Shown here in pieces: positions 13,290 through 25,229 of a DNA stretch of 64,000 bases (positions are counted from its first letter, which is position 1; every line of letters starts with the position of its first letter). The translations under genes and the position numbers were made by a program. Below the pieces are notes generated by a model that saw nothing but the letters and a program-made list of their open reading frames with translations, searched no databases and had not been told where the DNA came from. Where the stretch lies: assembly GCF_038025025.1 (NCBI RefSeq), contig NW_027117340.1, forward strand, positions 1,116,001 through 1,180,000, read 5' to 3'. This stretch comes from Phyllosticta citribraziliensis (taxonomy: Eukaryota).

Positions 13290-14510
13290 GTAGAAGCGGC
13301 GCATGGTGGCGTTTTTGATGCTCTGATATGAACAGGAGAGGAAGAATTTTTTTTTTTTTTTTTCATTTTGCTTTGGCATTTCGATTTTACCATTTGCCGT
13401 AGCACAAGGCGGCTGTTTGTTGCATGGATTGCAGGAGCGGTGCATTTGAGCGAGGGTGATTGGGCAACAGGGGTACAGGAGGCATGGTCCGACTTGAAGC
13501 GTAGAAGAGTGCATCAACGTGGGCGGTCACACGGATGACACGAACGGGGGGCGCCGAGCTGACGGGCGGAGGGTTGATGAAGAGGGCGTAGCGCAACGAG
13601 GGCATGCAGGGGCTGGGGTGGCCATGGTGTTGATCAGCATTGGGTGATGCAGCGCAGCGGAGAGTGAGGGAGACAGCGGCTGTAGTAATTTGGGGAAGCA
13701 TCGGATCAGCAATATGGAGAGCGAGCGAGCCAGCGGGAAAACGCAAAGGGCCATGCCATGACCATTTGGGGATATGCAAGCGACTGGAAGCAGACGACGC
13801 CGGTGGACGCGTTCGGAAGACGAGCGAGGACGACGTGGTTGCACAGCCGTTTGGCCCTGGGCCCGCGGCATGACACACGGCCGAGACGAGGCGAGGCCGA
13901 CCTAACGGCTGAGAGAGGCGACTGAGGCCCGAGCCCGAGCCAGCTGGCCACGCGATGGCTGTTCAGCGAGCGGTGGTGGTGGTGGTGGTGTTGTCGTGAG
14001 CGAGAGAATTGATTCAGTACCGGTACGGCACATACATAGTTGGTGAAGAGATGCTGCTCGTGTGTATGTACATTATTACATTAGCCTGCCCTGTCGGCTA
14101 GCGCCAGCCGCCCCCCATGGATGGCTCGCTCCCCTCCCCTCCTCTCCACTCTCACCTAAACCTCGATCCCATCACGGCGCATTCACCCCAGCGCCAGCAC
14201 CAGCATCCTCCGCCCCTCATGCGTCCATGATTGTACCACCCCCTCCGCTTCCCCTACCGTTGCCTGCACGAGGCCTGTGCCCCTCCGAGACACCCTCTCC
14301 GCATCAACCTCGCTCCTCTTGCCATGCGCCCTGCCTAACCCACCACCCCTCGCTCGCTCTGCTGTACATACATGTAGTTGGCCAACCGCCTTTCGTGCCT
14401 GCTTGTCCTGTCCTGCACATACGCCGTTGTTGACTTCTTCGCATATCCTTCCCCATTTCTAGCCCCCTCTCAATATTTCTACGCCGCGCCGCGCCCACGC
14501 TCGACACCAA

Positions 14511-16640
14511 ATGTCAACCCTCGGCCATGCCATCACCTCCCATGCCGCCTCTGTCACGGACCAGTTCCCAGCTTCTACTTCGTCGTCCGATTCCCCGCCC
14601 TCACTCCTCCACCGCCTGACCCATCAGTCTTCGCACTCTGCCATGCTGCTTGCCTCTCAGGACCCTGCCTACCTCGCCGACATTGACGACCACCTGGACA
14701 TGCCGCCCCACGATGACGATTCAGACATGGACGACGCCGCATGGATCCCACAAACGCACCCTCACTTGGCATCAGCCGGGCCACCGCACTTTGCTCCGCC
14801 CGCGCCATCAGGCCCCGCACAGCCTGCCGTCGACGACTCTCTGTTCAACAATGACGGAAATGCCTCGTGGCAATCCCAAAATATCTTCATACCATCGGGC
14901 AGCGCCTTTGCCATGTCTGCCAGCGCCAACGACGACGCAGTTGCGGGGACCGCAATGTCCAGTCTGGGACACGCCCTTTTCATGACGCCGTCATACCTGG
15001 ACGATGTTGCGGCCAACACGCCATCCATCGACGACTATTCATTCAAGCCCGACATTTGCAGATTCGTCGAGCATTGGAGGGTACTTTCCCAGCTCAAGGA
15101 ATACCGCAGCTTGCCCAAGGTTGGCCCCGAGGCTTCAAGACTCAGACATTCGCAACGGCCAAGGAGCATCACGAGGGATGATCTGCGGGGCAACAGCCAC
15201 GATCTACAGGGTATCAATTGGGAAAAGCTCGAAACCACCCGGGAGCAGGCCAGGAACGCGAGGTCGGGGCTCTACCGTCTCACGGGACAGAGCTTCGTCC
15301 ATGGAGGAACGGCTTCACAACTACAAGGCACCGAGAGATATGTCGACTTTCGGAGAATGAACACCAACCATCACGCCCTCATCGCTCACTTTCAGCTCCG
15401 CAACCTGATTTCTGCGACCTCGCGCCAAGATATTTATTATGCCGGCCGCTCGCGCATAATGCGCACTGATTCCCTTGGTCAGTCGACCAACTGTGTCATG
15501 GACCTGGCACGGACTTCTTTTTCCCCGCTGCATTCGGCAACATTTGACATAACGTCCATGGCCACCTCGGCTGCGGACAATCTCCTTATTGCTGGTGGTT
15601 TCCACGGCGAATTTGCCCTGACGTCGCTCTCTGCCACGCATGGAACCAAGCCCACACAGGGCTTCATCACGCACAATGCCAATGGCATTACCAACCACGT
15701 ACACATCTTTCCCGCCCGCACTGCTGGCTCTGTTCCAACGGCCGCCTTTTCGTCCAACGACTGCCGCCTACGACTCCTCGACTGTAATACTGCGACCCTC
15801 ACCGCTACGCACGAGTACGAGGAGGCCATCAATTGCGCCGCAACTGCCCCGGATGCGCGTCTTCGCGTCCTCGTCGGTGACTTTGAGGAAGGCCTCATCA
15901 CCGATGCCGACTCTGGCGCCATTCTGCAGCGCCTGCCTCGCGTACACGGCGACCACGCCTTTGCATGCGACTGGGCCGACGACGGAATCCACGTTGCGAC
16001 GGGCGCTCAGGACTCGACGATCGCCATCTGGGACGCGCGCAACTGGTCGCAACCCTTGACGTCGTTCACCTCGAGTATGGCATGCCCGCGCAGCCTGCAC
16101 TTTTCTCCCGTCGGCGGCGGCCGGCGCGTGCTGCTGGCCGCCGAGGCGGACGACGTAGTCAATGTCATTGACGCCGTGAGCTTCCAAAAGAGCCAGAAGG
16201 TCGACTTCTTCGGCCCCATCGCAGGCGTTAGCTGGGTTCCTGACGGGTCGAGCTTCTTCGTCGCCAACGCTGACGCTAAATTTGGTGGCATCATGGAGTT
16301 TGAACGCAGTGGATGGGGCGAGGCTGAGCAGTTTTCCATGGCGGGCTCGTCGTCGCCGCCGACGTTACATCACGAACTTCGACAAGGGCAGGGTCAAGTG
16401 CAGGGGCAGAGTGGCGCCAGCGCAAAAGTTGGCGGCGGTGCTTGTCGCCGCGGGCGTAGCTCAAAAGCCATGCCTTTGCGTAGCCACCAAAAAATGGAAA
16501 AGAGCAGGGACAGGGAGAGGTATCGGGCCGTGCCGTTGGAGTGGATTGAGGAGCATCGCATGGAGGGCGAGACGCGGGTTAGACTCACCGAAACGCAGAG
16601 GCGGCGGCGAGGGATGGGTTTGGGAGAGCTCCTGGTGTAG
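14511..16640 (+). CDS. WD40-repeat protein with C-terminal DUF2415-like region
   Basis: Intronless 709-aa ORF with HFQLRNL, AFACDWADDG..VATGAQDSTIAIWDAR and VDFFGPIAGVSWVPDG..FGGIMEFER, typical of this WD family. Confidence 0.85.
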   Translation: MSTLGHAITSHAASVTDQFPASTSSSDSPPSLLHRLTHQSSHSAMLLASQDPAYLADIDDHLDMPPHDDDSDMDDAAWIPQTHPHLASAGPPHFAPPAPSGPAQPAVDDSLFNNDGNASWQSQNIFIPSGSAFAMSASANDDAVAGTAMSSLGHALFMTPSYLDDVAANTPSIDDYSFKPDICRFVEHWRVLSQLKEYRSLPKVGPEASRLRHSQRPRSITRDDLRGNSHDLQGINWEKLETTREQARNARSGLYRLTGQSFVHGGTASQLQGTERYVDFRRMNTNHHALIAHFQLRNLISATSRQDIYYAGRSRIMRTDSLGQSTNCVMDLARTSFSPLHSATFDITSMATSAADNLLIAGGFHGEFALTSLSATHGTKPTQGFITHNANGITNHVHIFPARTAGSVPTAAFSSNDCRLRLLDCNTATLTATHEYEEAINCAATAPDARLRVLVGDFEEGLITDADSGAILQRLPRVHGDHAFACDWADDGIHVATGAQDSTIAIWDARNWSQPLTSFTSSMACPRSLHFSPVGGGRRVLLAAEADDVVNVIDAVSFQKSQKVDFFGPIAGVSWVPDGSSFFVANADAKFGGIMEFERSGWGEAEQFSMAGSSSPPTLHHELRQGQGQVQGQSGASAKVGGGACRRGRSSKAMPLRSHQKMEKSRDRERYRAVPLEWIEEHRMEGETRVRLTETQRRRRGMGLGELLV

Positions 16641-16940
16641 AGCGGCCCCTCCTCTATCGCGCCGCTGTCGCCCAGATACCTGGACGTGCTGGTAGCAACG
16701 CACCGGACGATAAACGAAAGGACCTGAATCATAACACCACCTCCTCTCCATTCCACCAACAAGCCATGGACTCAACCTCCCCCCACTTCATCATCAGCAA
16801 ACGACGCATACGACCCCTTGAAAATATACGAAACACACGAAGAGACGAATACGATGGAAGCATGAAGAATGAGACGCATGAGAGCATGACGCATGAAGAA
16901 CGACGACGACGCAACACGACATGACGATGCATCATCTATC

Positions 16941-19400
16941 TATTCACGGTAGTGGAGTGGAACGAATGAGCATCCAGCATTCCATGCATTTTTGCAATAC
17001 CCATGCGTGCGTTTTTGCAACCAGCCAGCCACGCACGCATTTAGAGATGCGGTGAGTCAAGGGAATCCCCCCCTCGGCAATATGGACGAGTGGGCCAAGG
17101 AAGGGCTCGCGAGTTGCGATATAGAGAAAGAGAGAGAGAGAGAGAGAGAGAAGGAAAGAACACGATTGGCGGCACACTTTGCTTTGCATTTTCCTGCATC
17201 TTGTCGGATTGATTGATTGATGGGTTGATTGAGAGCTCTGGTTGAGCCTTTTTGCTTTCGGGTCACCCGGTCGGTTGCGGTTGTCTTGTTGCTTCTTGTT
17301 GTTGTTGTCTTTTGGGCTGCCTGTCCGTGTGTGGCTTTGACTTTGTTTGCTCTGCTTTTGCTCCTTCTTCTTCTTACTGTTACTTGCTCGCATGTGAGAG
17401 GGGAGAGGGGAGAGGTGTGCTGTTTGTTTGTTGGTCTGTCTGCTGCTGCTTTCTCTGTTCGTTGGTGGGTTTGCCGGTTTGCTGTTTTACTCGCATTTGC
17501 GTGGTGTGTCGAGAAGGGAGAGCAAGAGACAAGGCGTCGTTTGTAGCATGTGTGAGAGCAGTATACCATCCACACGCCTTCCAAATTCTCGAAACGCACG
17601 ACGGAAAGCTTTCCTGTCGTCCACCTTTCTCATCTGGGTACTTCCATTCACGCCTCGTCTTGTCGAATTGGGTTGTGTCGGGCAGGCTGCGTGGTGGATA
17701 AATGGACGATGGGGCAACCGATACGAGAAAGACGAGGAGGAGGACAGAGGAGGTGAGGGCTAGCTGTGTTGTCGAGAGACGCGTGTTGCCAGTGTGGTGT
17801 TGCTGCGTTCATTGTTCTTTCTGCCGATTCAAATTTTGGCGTTTTCTGCTCTATACCTCCCTCCCTCCGCCCAACTATTGTCTGGTTGTGTCTGTCTATC
17901 CATCATCTGCCTATTAATAGGAGCAATGAGTATCATCGGAGTTGTTCTACTGTCATGAATGTCAGCAAGCATCATCATCATCGTCATCGTCATAATCATC
18001 TCACCCAGTCTGTTGTCGATCTATCTGTCCACGTCGAGCAAGCAAGTGAGGAGCAAGCGAGGAGGAACTGGCTGGCTGGCTGGCTGCGATGCGATGAGTC
18101 AACAACCGTGGTGGCTAAACCTTGTGGTCCGCGTCTGCCCTTGACTGCTAACTGACTGCCCTAGCCTCTCATATCTCTCTCTTTCTCTCTCTCTCTCTCC
18201 CTCTCTCACAAACTGCTTGCTGCAATGCTTCCTTCTTCTTCTTCTTCTCCTCCGCCTCGTCCACCCGTCACACCCATCATCCTTCAAAGCTCTTCGGCGT
18301 GGTAGATTGCCCAATCGAGAAAAAGACGCGCAAGTATTCATCCACTCCATTTGTCACTCCAAGCTCTCCACTCATACAAACAACAGAGCAAGTGACCACG
18401 ATGATAAAGGGGAGCATTGTAGGTTCATAATCATATATATTGTACGAGTGGGGGATATGTAAAGCGGGGGCGGGCCTATGCTGACTGACTGACTAACTAC
18501 ATGAAGGGGAGAGAGAGGGGGGAGAATACTGAAAATCCGAACATGTGAGCATTGAAGCCGTAACCGAAATCAAAAGAGGGCGAAGACCCTGTCATCCAAA
18601 TCCCATCCAAGCTAAAACGAACCGCTCAAGCGTATCAACAACCTCCCCCACATCATCATACATGTGCATGCCAATGCCCAATCGACGACCATCACCACCA
18701 CCAAAGGGGAAGGAGGAAACGAAATTAAAAAAAAAAGATGGGAAAGGAGGCGGCGCTAGGTCAAAGAATGCGAATGCGGGCGCTTGCGAACAAAAAAGAA
18801 ATGGAGATTGGAGGGAGAAAATCGAGAGGAACCGAAATAGAAGAAACGATGCGAATGATCAAGCAAAAGTACGCAACCAAGAAAGCTTGCATGCATGCAT
18901 CAAAACGACGGAGACACACGGCCAACCAAACCCACGAGTTGTTGCCAAAACCTGTGTCGTCGCTGCACGCTGTCCGAGTGGAGCTTCCGATTCAGCTCGA
19001 CTTGGCTGAAGAGCATAAGAGCTTGTTCGGCTGTTCAGCTGCGTCGTACGTCGTACGTTCGTGGTTTTTGTTTTGTTGACGTGTCAGTGTCGTTGGCGTT
19101 GGCGTTGACGTCTTCTGAGCTGAGAGGAGGCTCAGCTGAGACAGGCAGGCAGGCAGACAGACAGGCAGACGAGAAGACGGGTAGATGCGTGCGTGTGTAC
19201 AACGCATGCATGAATACATACATCTGCAGCCGCAAGCTGGACAGCCCCCGTGGTAGGTAGGCCTGCTGTGGCGTTTGATGGTTGTGGTGGAGGCGCAATT
19301 TTGCACGGTGGTGGTGGTGGTGGTGGTGGTGGTGGTGGTGTGTTGGTGGTGGCCTAGTGGTAGTAGTGGCGATGAGAGAGAGAGGAAAGCGCTCATTGTC
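16941..19400. repeat. Microsatellite-rich non-coding region between two convergent genes
   Basis: (GA)n ~17130-17150, (GTT)/(CTT) tracts ~17280-17375, (CT)n ~18175-18205, (CTT)n ~18232-18248, (GGT)n ~19306-19340. Confidence 0.8.
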
Positions 19401-19585
19401 CGTATCGCTGCCACGCTGGCTCTTACTCCAGTTCAAGAAGCAGCTCCCAATGCAAACAAGCTTAGAAATGCTGGACGTGGCCATTCCGTTCCTTCTCTTC
19501 CTCGTCGTGACTTACGCTGGAGACACGCGCGCACGCGCGGGCCCCCTTCATCAGCTCCCCCTGTCTGCCTCCGCTCTACAGTGAC

Positions 19586-21855
19586 TTATGCGAACAACCC
19601 CCCTCCAACCCCCTTGGCACCAAGGCCGTGGCGGCCGTGGCTCCACGCCCGGCTCACCTGTCGAAAGTGGACGCCCGCCTCGACCACCTCATCGACGTCG
19701 ACGGCGGCACCACGCACGCCAGCCGCGAGCACCAAGTTCCTCACCTCTCTCGCGTCCGCATCACGGTCCACGTCGGATGTAGAGATGGAGCTGGCCGCCG
19801 CCCACGGGGTGCGGTGCTCGCTGTCGCTGCGGCGCGGGCGCACAAACGGAATCTCGATGGGCTGGCACACGGTGCCGGCGGCCGGCAGCGTGCCGTTGTG
19901 TAGGTAGGCGCGCAGGGCGGCCACGGTGCACGGGCTGTAGGCGGCGAGCGACGTGTGGCCCGGCGAGTCTTGGGTCAGGACGACGGAGTCGGGGAAGAGA
20001 TCTGCCATTTTCTGTGCACTGGAGGGAATGCCGTGTTAGTATGAGACAGCGTGGATCAAGGGGACAGGGGCACGTCAGGGGAGACCGCACTTGATGACCG
20101 GCGTCACTGGATCTGCCGTGTTGCCAATCCAGAGGATAGGGTGGGCCGTCTCGCCTCCAAATGACCCGTTGAATCTGTACACTGGGCGGATCCGCCACCC
20201 CGCGCAATTCATGCGATGCCTGGCCCACATGGCGCCCGCCGTCGGGCTCAGGGCGTCGAGCTCATGCCAAAACCGGTCAAAGGCCGTGATGTTGAGAAAG
20301 TCCTGCGGGTCACCGTCCCCACACATGATGGCCTGGAGGGCTTCGCCATCGACGGGCGCGCCCTGGGTATCGTTGCCATTTCCACCACCTCCTCCGCTGC
20401 CGCCATTCGGGGGCGCGGCGCATGCGTAAAAGTGTTTGGACGACAGATACTCTGCCATGCGGGCCGAAGCGTCGGCCTGCTGTAGCGTGTTCAGCATCTT
20501 GGCCATGGCAGGGAAGCCCTCCATGGGCCCGTACAGGGCCATGAAGATGAAGAGCCGCACGTCGGACCACGTTATGACCTCTGGGAAGAGCTCGTGCGCG
20601 ACAGGCAGCGGGTTTTGGTAGAGATTGCCCAGGATGGCAGCCACCGTGGCTTCGATGTCGGCGGCTGTGGCGTTGGGCGTTGCCAGCTCGCAGGACGAAG
20701 GGCCCCCTTCGGCGCACCGGCTGTAGAAGTTTGCCATTTCTTTTTCCGTGTCCAGCAAGTTGTCAAACCAAAGCGTCTTGGTATAATCAGACCCGTGCAC
20801 AACGCCGTCAAACATTAGCCGCCCCACCCTTGACGGGTACATGGATGCAAAGGTGCTGCCCAGGAGTGTGCCGTACGAAAAGCCCCAATACTGGACTTTC
20901 TCGGTGCCGGGCTCGTATGCGTAGGGCGTGGCAGAAGCTGGGAGAGGCCGACGCTGACACTTGACCGAGTGGTGGATGAGGCGCTTGCTCTCCAGCTCGC
21001 GGTGCTGGCCAAACAACTCGGCGAGCTCGAGCATGTCACGCGCCACCGACGCCGTCGACACATAGTGCTTGACGTCAAATTCGTTGGCAGTGGCGGCGCA
21101 GTTTTCTCCCAGCGCGTTGATCATGGACCAGCGCTGACCAAGGACGGCATCGGAGCTCCCCAAGATGCCCTGCGCGTCAAGGCGTAGCTCCCACGATTCG
21201 CGAATCGACCCGACTTCGAAGCAGTGGGCTCCCGGGGAGCTGTGTCCAACGCCTCTGGGATCAAAACCAACCACGGTGTAATACTTGGCCGTGGTTGCGT
21301 TGGTGGTGGCGGGGTCGAGAGGAGAGTCGACTATATTCTGAATGGAATGGCCAGCCTCGAGAACGAGATCTACGCCAGATCCTCCAGGTCCGCCGGGATT
21401 GACGAGCAAGGGCCCTCCATAGCGTGGATCTGTTATGGGGACTTTGGCGGGAAGCACGGCCACGGCCAAGCTGATTTTCCCATCTGTGGTGCCATTAAAG
21501 TAGTCGAGCGGGAGCTCCACTTTGGTGCACCGATAGTCGCCATGGCAAGGCACAAGTGAAATCTTTTTCGTGGTCGGAATCTGCCATGTGTCAGACAAGG
21601 AACGAGCATAAAGCAGGTGGTGAAGATTTCAGATTGAGACAAAAGATGACGGTTCCTTACAGAGTTCCACGAAAAGGGCGTGGGTTCTAAATGCTGCGCG
21701 CTGATTGGCCCGGCAGTGAAGCTGAACAGATGCAGGCCGCCGAGGGTCCAAAAGGCAAGGCCAGCGCACAGGATCAGAGCCACGGCGCGGCGCGCCAGGG
21801 ACGGGCTGGACGAAGGCGGCGCGACGTGCTGCTCAGCCGTGGAGAAACCTTTCAT
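19586..21855 (-). CDS. TAP-like alpha/beta hydrolase (peptidase S33-like) with N-terminal membrane anchor
   Basis: NPGGPGGSG, GFDPRGVG, nucleophile GFSYG, ADPVTP (Asp), PGH (His). Exons 21855-21661, 21580-20091, 20018-19586. Confidence 0.88.
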
Positions 21856-22745
21856 CGTGAAGCCGACCTGACCTGGACGAGATGGAGGAGCAAAAACGGG
21901 GCGAGCAGCTTGGGCGCAGCATCGGTTGAAAAAGCACCAACAACGGCGATAAGGCTTCAGCGGAGGGGTGGGGGGCTATCTTGGGCGACGCAGCTCTCGC
22001 GCAACGGACATTGGTCCATGGCAGCAGAGGCCATGGAGCTGGATGGCCTGCTGACCGCCGTCTTGGAAGCTGCCCTGAGGAATTTCCACCTCAGCTGGCA
22101 GCTTTTCGTCACGTGGGCTGCGACAGTCCGCCGGTCTTCGCTGCGGAAAGCTACGGTGTTGACCAGCAGTCAAGAGCCGAAAGGTTAACCAAGGTCCAAA
22201 TAATTTTCCGGTTAAGCTTGCTCGCCCACCGAAGCTTCTTCGGATGCTGGTCTCGCGGCGAGCGACCGGCCCGTCTGCCTGTCCCCTGTCGCCAATCAGA
22301 CCAGAGCTCATGTTGTACAGTACGCCCTCTGAGCTTCAAGTCTCGCCATTTGCTTCACCAAACATGTGTGTCCGGCCCATGCAGCGTGCGACATGCGCCT
22401 CGTCTGCAGGCGCCAAGGGCCCACCTCTGCATGATCACGACATGTCAACCGTCGTTTGTCCTTCAAAACCCATCAAAGATTGCGACAATCCATTCGGGGT
22501 ATCATCCAGGGTGCGGTCATAGAGCAGCATGCAGGTTTTCGTTATCTTCTTTCCTCGAACCCGGTCATCCAGCCCCCAATGCATGCAATCAATCAATCTT
22601 GGTAAACAAAATCCAAGCCGCCCGTCCTTGCGCCCTGGCAGAGCCTCCCGGCGCCCGCAAAGAGTGTGGGTATCACTCCGGTGGTCTTGTCATCAAAGAC
22701 CAGCCGGTCTGACGCGAACAGCAGAAAAAGGACGGGGAATCCCAA

Positions 22746-23668
22746 TTACCAGCCGCCCTGAGGACCCTGGCCTTGGCCCTGGCCCTGGTCCCAGCCGGGC
22801 TGGCCTCCGTAGGGCTGCTGCTGGCCGCCGTAGCCTCCAGCGCCGCCGGCGGGACCCCACGAAGGAACGTTGGAAGGGTAGCCTGAGAAGAAACGTCAGC
22901 GTTGGATTCTTTGTTGTTGTTGTTGAGTGAGCTGCGTGCTTACCGCCCTGGCCGCGCGCATAGCCGCCACCTGCAAACGACATGTCAGAATAAAAGCTGG
23001 GGAGGTTGTTTGACGCGTGTAAGAAGCCTGCTCGGGCCGGCGGACCGAAGGGGTAGCCAGAATAGGTCTGGGCTCCGACATGCAAGGAGCATTGGCAGGC
23101 AGGACTCTGCTGGCCGCACTGGGGACAATGAACGTAAGTGAAGGACTGACCATAGCCGCCACCATAGCCGCCGCCACGAGGAGCGCCATAACCACCGCGG
23201 AAGCCACCGCCACCACCACCGGAGCGCTCAGAAGCCTTGTCGACGCGGATGGTACGGCCATCGAATCTGTCGCGCGGTAAGCAAAAGAAGAGGGCGTCGG
23301 GAATGCGAGCAGCATGTCGCGATGCCGGAGCGCAGCGGAACTTACTCGACGTTGTTCATGGACTGGATGGCAGCCTCAGCGTCAGTCTCCTGGGTGAAGC
23401 GGACGAAGCCGAAGCCGCGGCTGCGACCAGTGTCGCGGTCCTTGACGACAACCTGTAGAGAGAGAGGGCGCGCGTCAGAAAGCGCATTGAAGCGCGGGGG
23501 CACGCGATGAGGGTGACTCACGGCTTCTTCGACCTGGCCGAACTCTTCGAACTTTTGGCGAAGAGTGGCATCGTCAGTGTGCCAGGCGAGGCCACTGCGG
23601 TGAGGTCAGCGGGGGCATGTTGAAATCTGGAGCGGGGGCAGAGATTACCCGATGAAAAGCTTGGACAT
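22746..23668 (-). CDS. Glycine-rich RNA-binding protein (single RRM plus Gly-rich tail)
   Basis: Assembled by hand: [50 protein letters not shown] (RNP2/RNP1)...[26 protein letters not shown]... Exons 23668-23649, 23594-23522, 23452-23346, 23266-23151, 22970-22944, 22882-22746. Confidence 0.92.
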
Positions 23669-23701
23669 GGCGGTGTTTTGTTGGAGTGAGACTGGCAGGA
23701 G

Positions 23702-23887
23702 CTGTCGCGTTAGCATGCCGACACCAGGGAGACGAGTCAACCATGGACACGCGACGGCGCGAAGAGAGGGTTTTGCGTGGACCAGGGCAGGGCAGGGCAG
23801 GGCAAGGGCGCGGGCAGTAGGGTCCAGTCCAGTGCAGTCCAGGCCAGGCCAGGGACCTGGTGCTAGATTAGGAAGGAAGGGACTTAC
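23702..23887 (-). other. Probable 5'-UTR intron of the glycine-rich RNA-binding gene
   Basis: Minus-strand GTAAGT donor at 23887, GCTAAC branch point ~23710-23715 and CAG acceptor at 23704-23702, just upstream of the ATG at 23668. Confidence 0.55.
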
Positions 23888-25229
23888 AGTTGGGTGGACA
23901 GACTTTTGGAAAAGACCGACGAGAGAGGGTTAGGGAGACGGACGCGCGGAGCGGGCGAGGCGAGCGGGGACGAACAGGGCAGGCAGGTGGCGGACGAGCA
24001 GAGAATTTGCAGTCGTCGGTCAGGTCGCAGGTTGTGTTGCGGGTGCGAGTGGAGTGGGAGGGAGGAGAGGGAGGGCGACGTCGAGGTGGACGAGAGGAGA
24101 GCGGGCTGCGTGTTGGTTAATCGACGGGACGCGGACGCGGCGGCGGGGCAGTCAGGTAGCTACTGTGGGCTAGCAGCAAATGGGAAGAAATTTGATTGAA
24201 CCGACGGGACTGACGGTAAGGAATCGATGAATGGAGGGCGCCTGGCCTGGCTGGCTGGCTGGCTGTCCCGTGTTCGCAACATCATGCGGCCCAGCAACTA
24301 AGCTCGCCCTATAAGGCCCAATGGAAGCCCAGCTGCACCCTCATCGCGCCCGTTATCATCTCCTTCACCATCCTCACCACGCCCTCCCGTCGTCGTCCAG
24401 CAGCCCTGCGCTCAGCGACGGGGCTGGCCTGGCCGGGGCTGGCCTGCTGCTCCCTGCCCTGCCCTGCCCTGCACCTCAGCTGTGCGCGCTGCAGTGTCCC
24501 ATCGCGAGCCTGGGAACAACAGAGTCACACGCTTTTACTGTGCCCTCACCTCCAATCCGCGTTGGCTCTGGGGATCCCCAGCTCCGTGTGCCGTGCGAAC
24601 ATGCCAATTCCCTGCCCGTAGCCTTTGCGACCATCGAGCCTGCGCTTTCTTCCGTCCGTGGCCGCTCGACTCCCTCCACACCATTCGCCTGCGCCGCCAT
24701 CCACCACCAGTCATGATTTCTATGCATCGAATTGCGCCCATTTTCGACGTGTGCGCTGCGCTGGCCCGGCCTGCCCTGTCCTGGGAAGCGGGCGCTGCGG
24801 CCGACGGGACCGTCTGATTAACTGATGCCCTCGTCCCTCTGCACCTCCAAACCACTGCCTTCCCTATTCCAGAAATCTCTGTCCGTAGCCGGTGCCGCCT
24901 GACTCTCTGAAAACCACTTCCAGCGCCCTCCTTGCCACCAATCGCCGTCCTCCCTCCATCCAGCCTCATCCACTCTCTTCACCACTTCTGCTGTCGCCCG
25001 ATACCGCGCCCACCATCGCCATTCTACCAGCGACCAGACCCTCTGCCGCCGTGTCACCGCATTGCCATCCCCCGTCTCTTTCGCCTTTCAACCCCGCCGC
25101 CGTCAAGCCCTCGACGACGACAGTTTAGCCTGACCACTGCCATGTGCCCGCTGCTGTACCACTGCTGGAGAGAGTCGGTGAACGTTTGAGCTTGCTCGAC
25201 TCCCCCACGGCCAGCAGCCACCGACGTAC

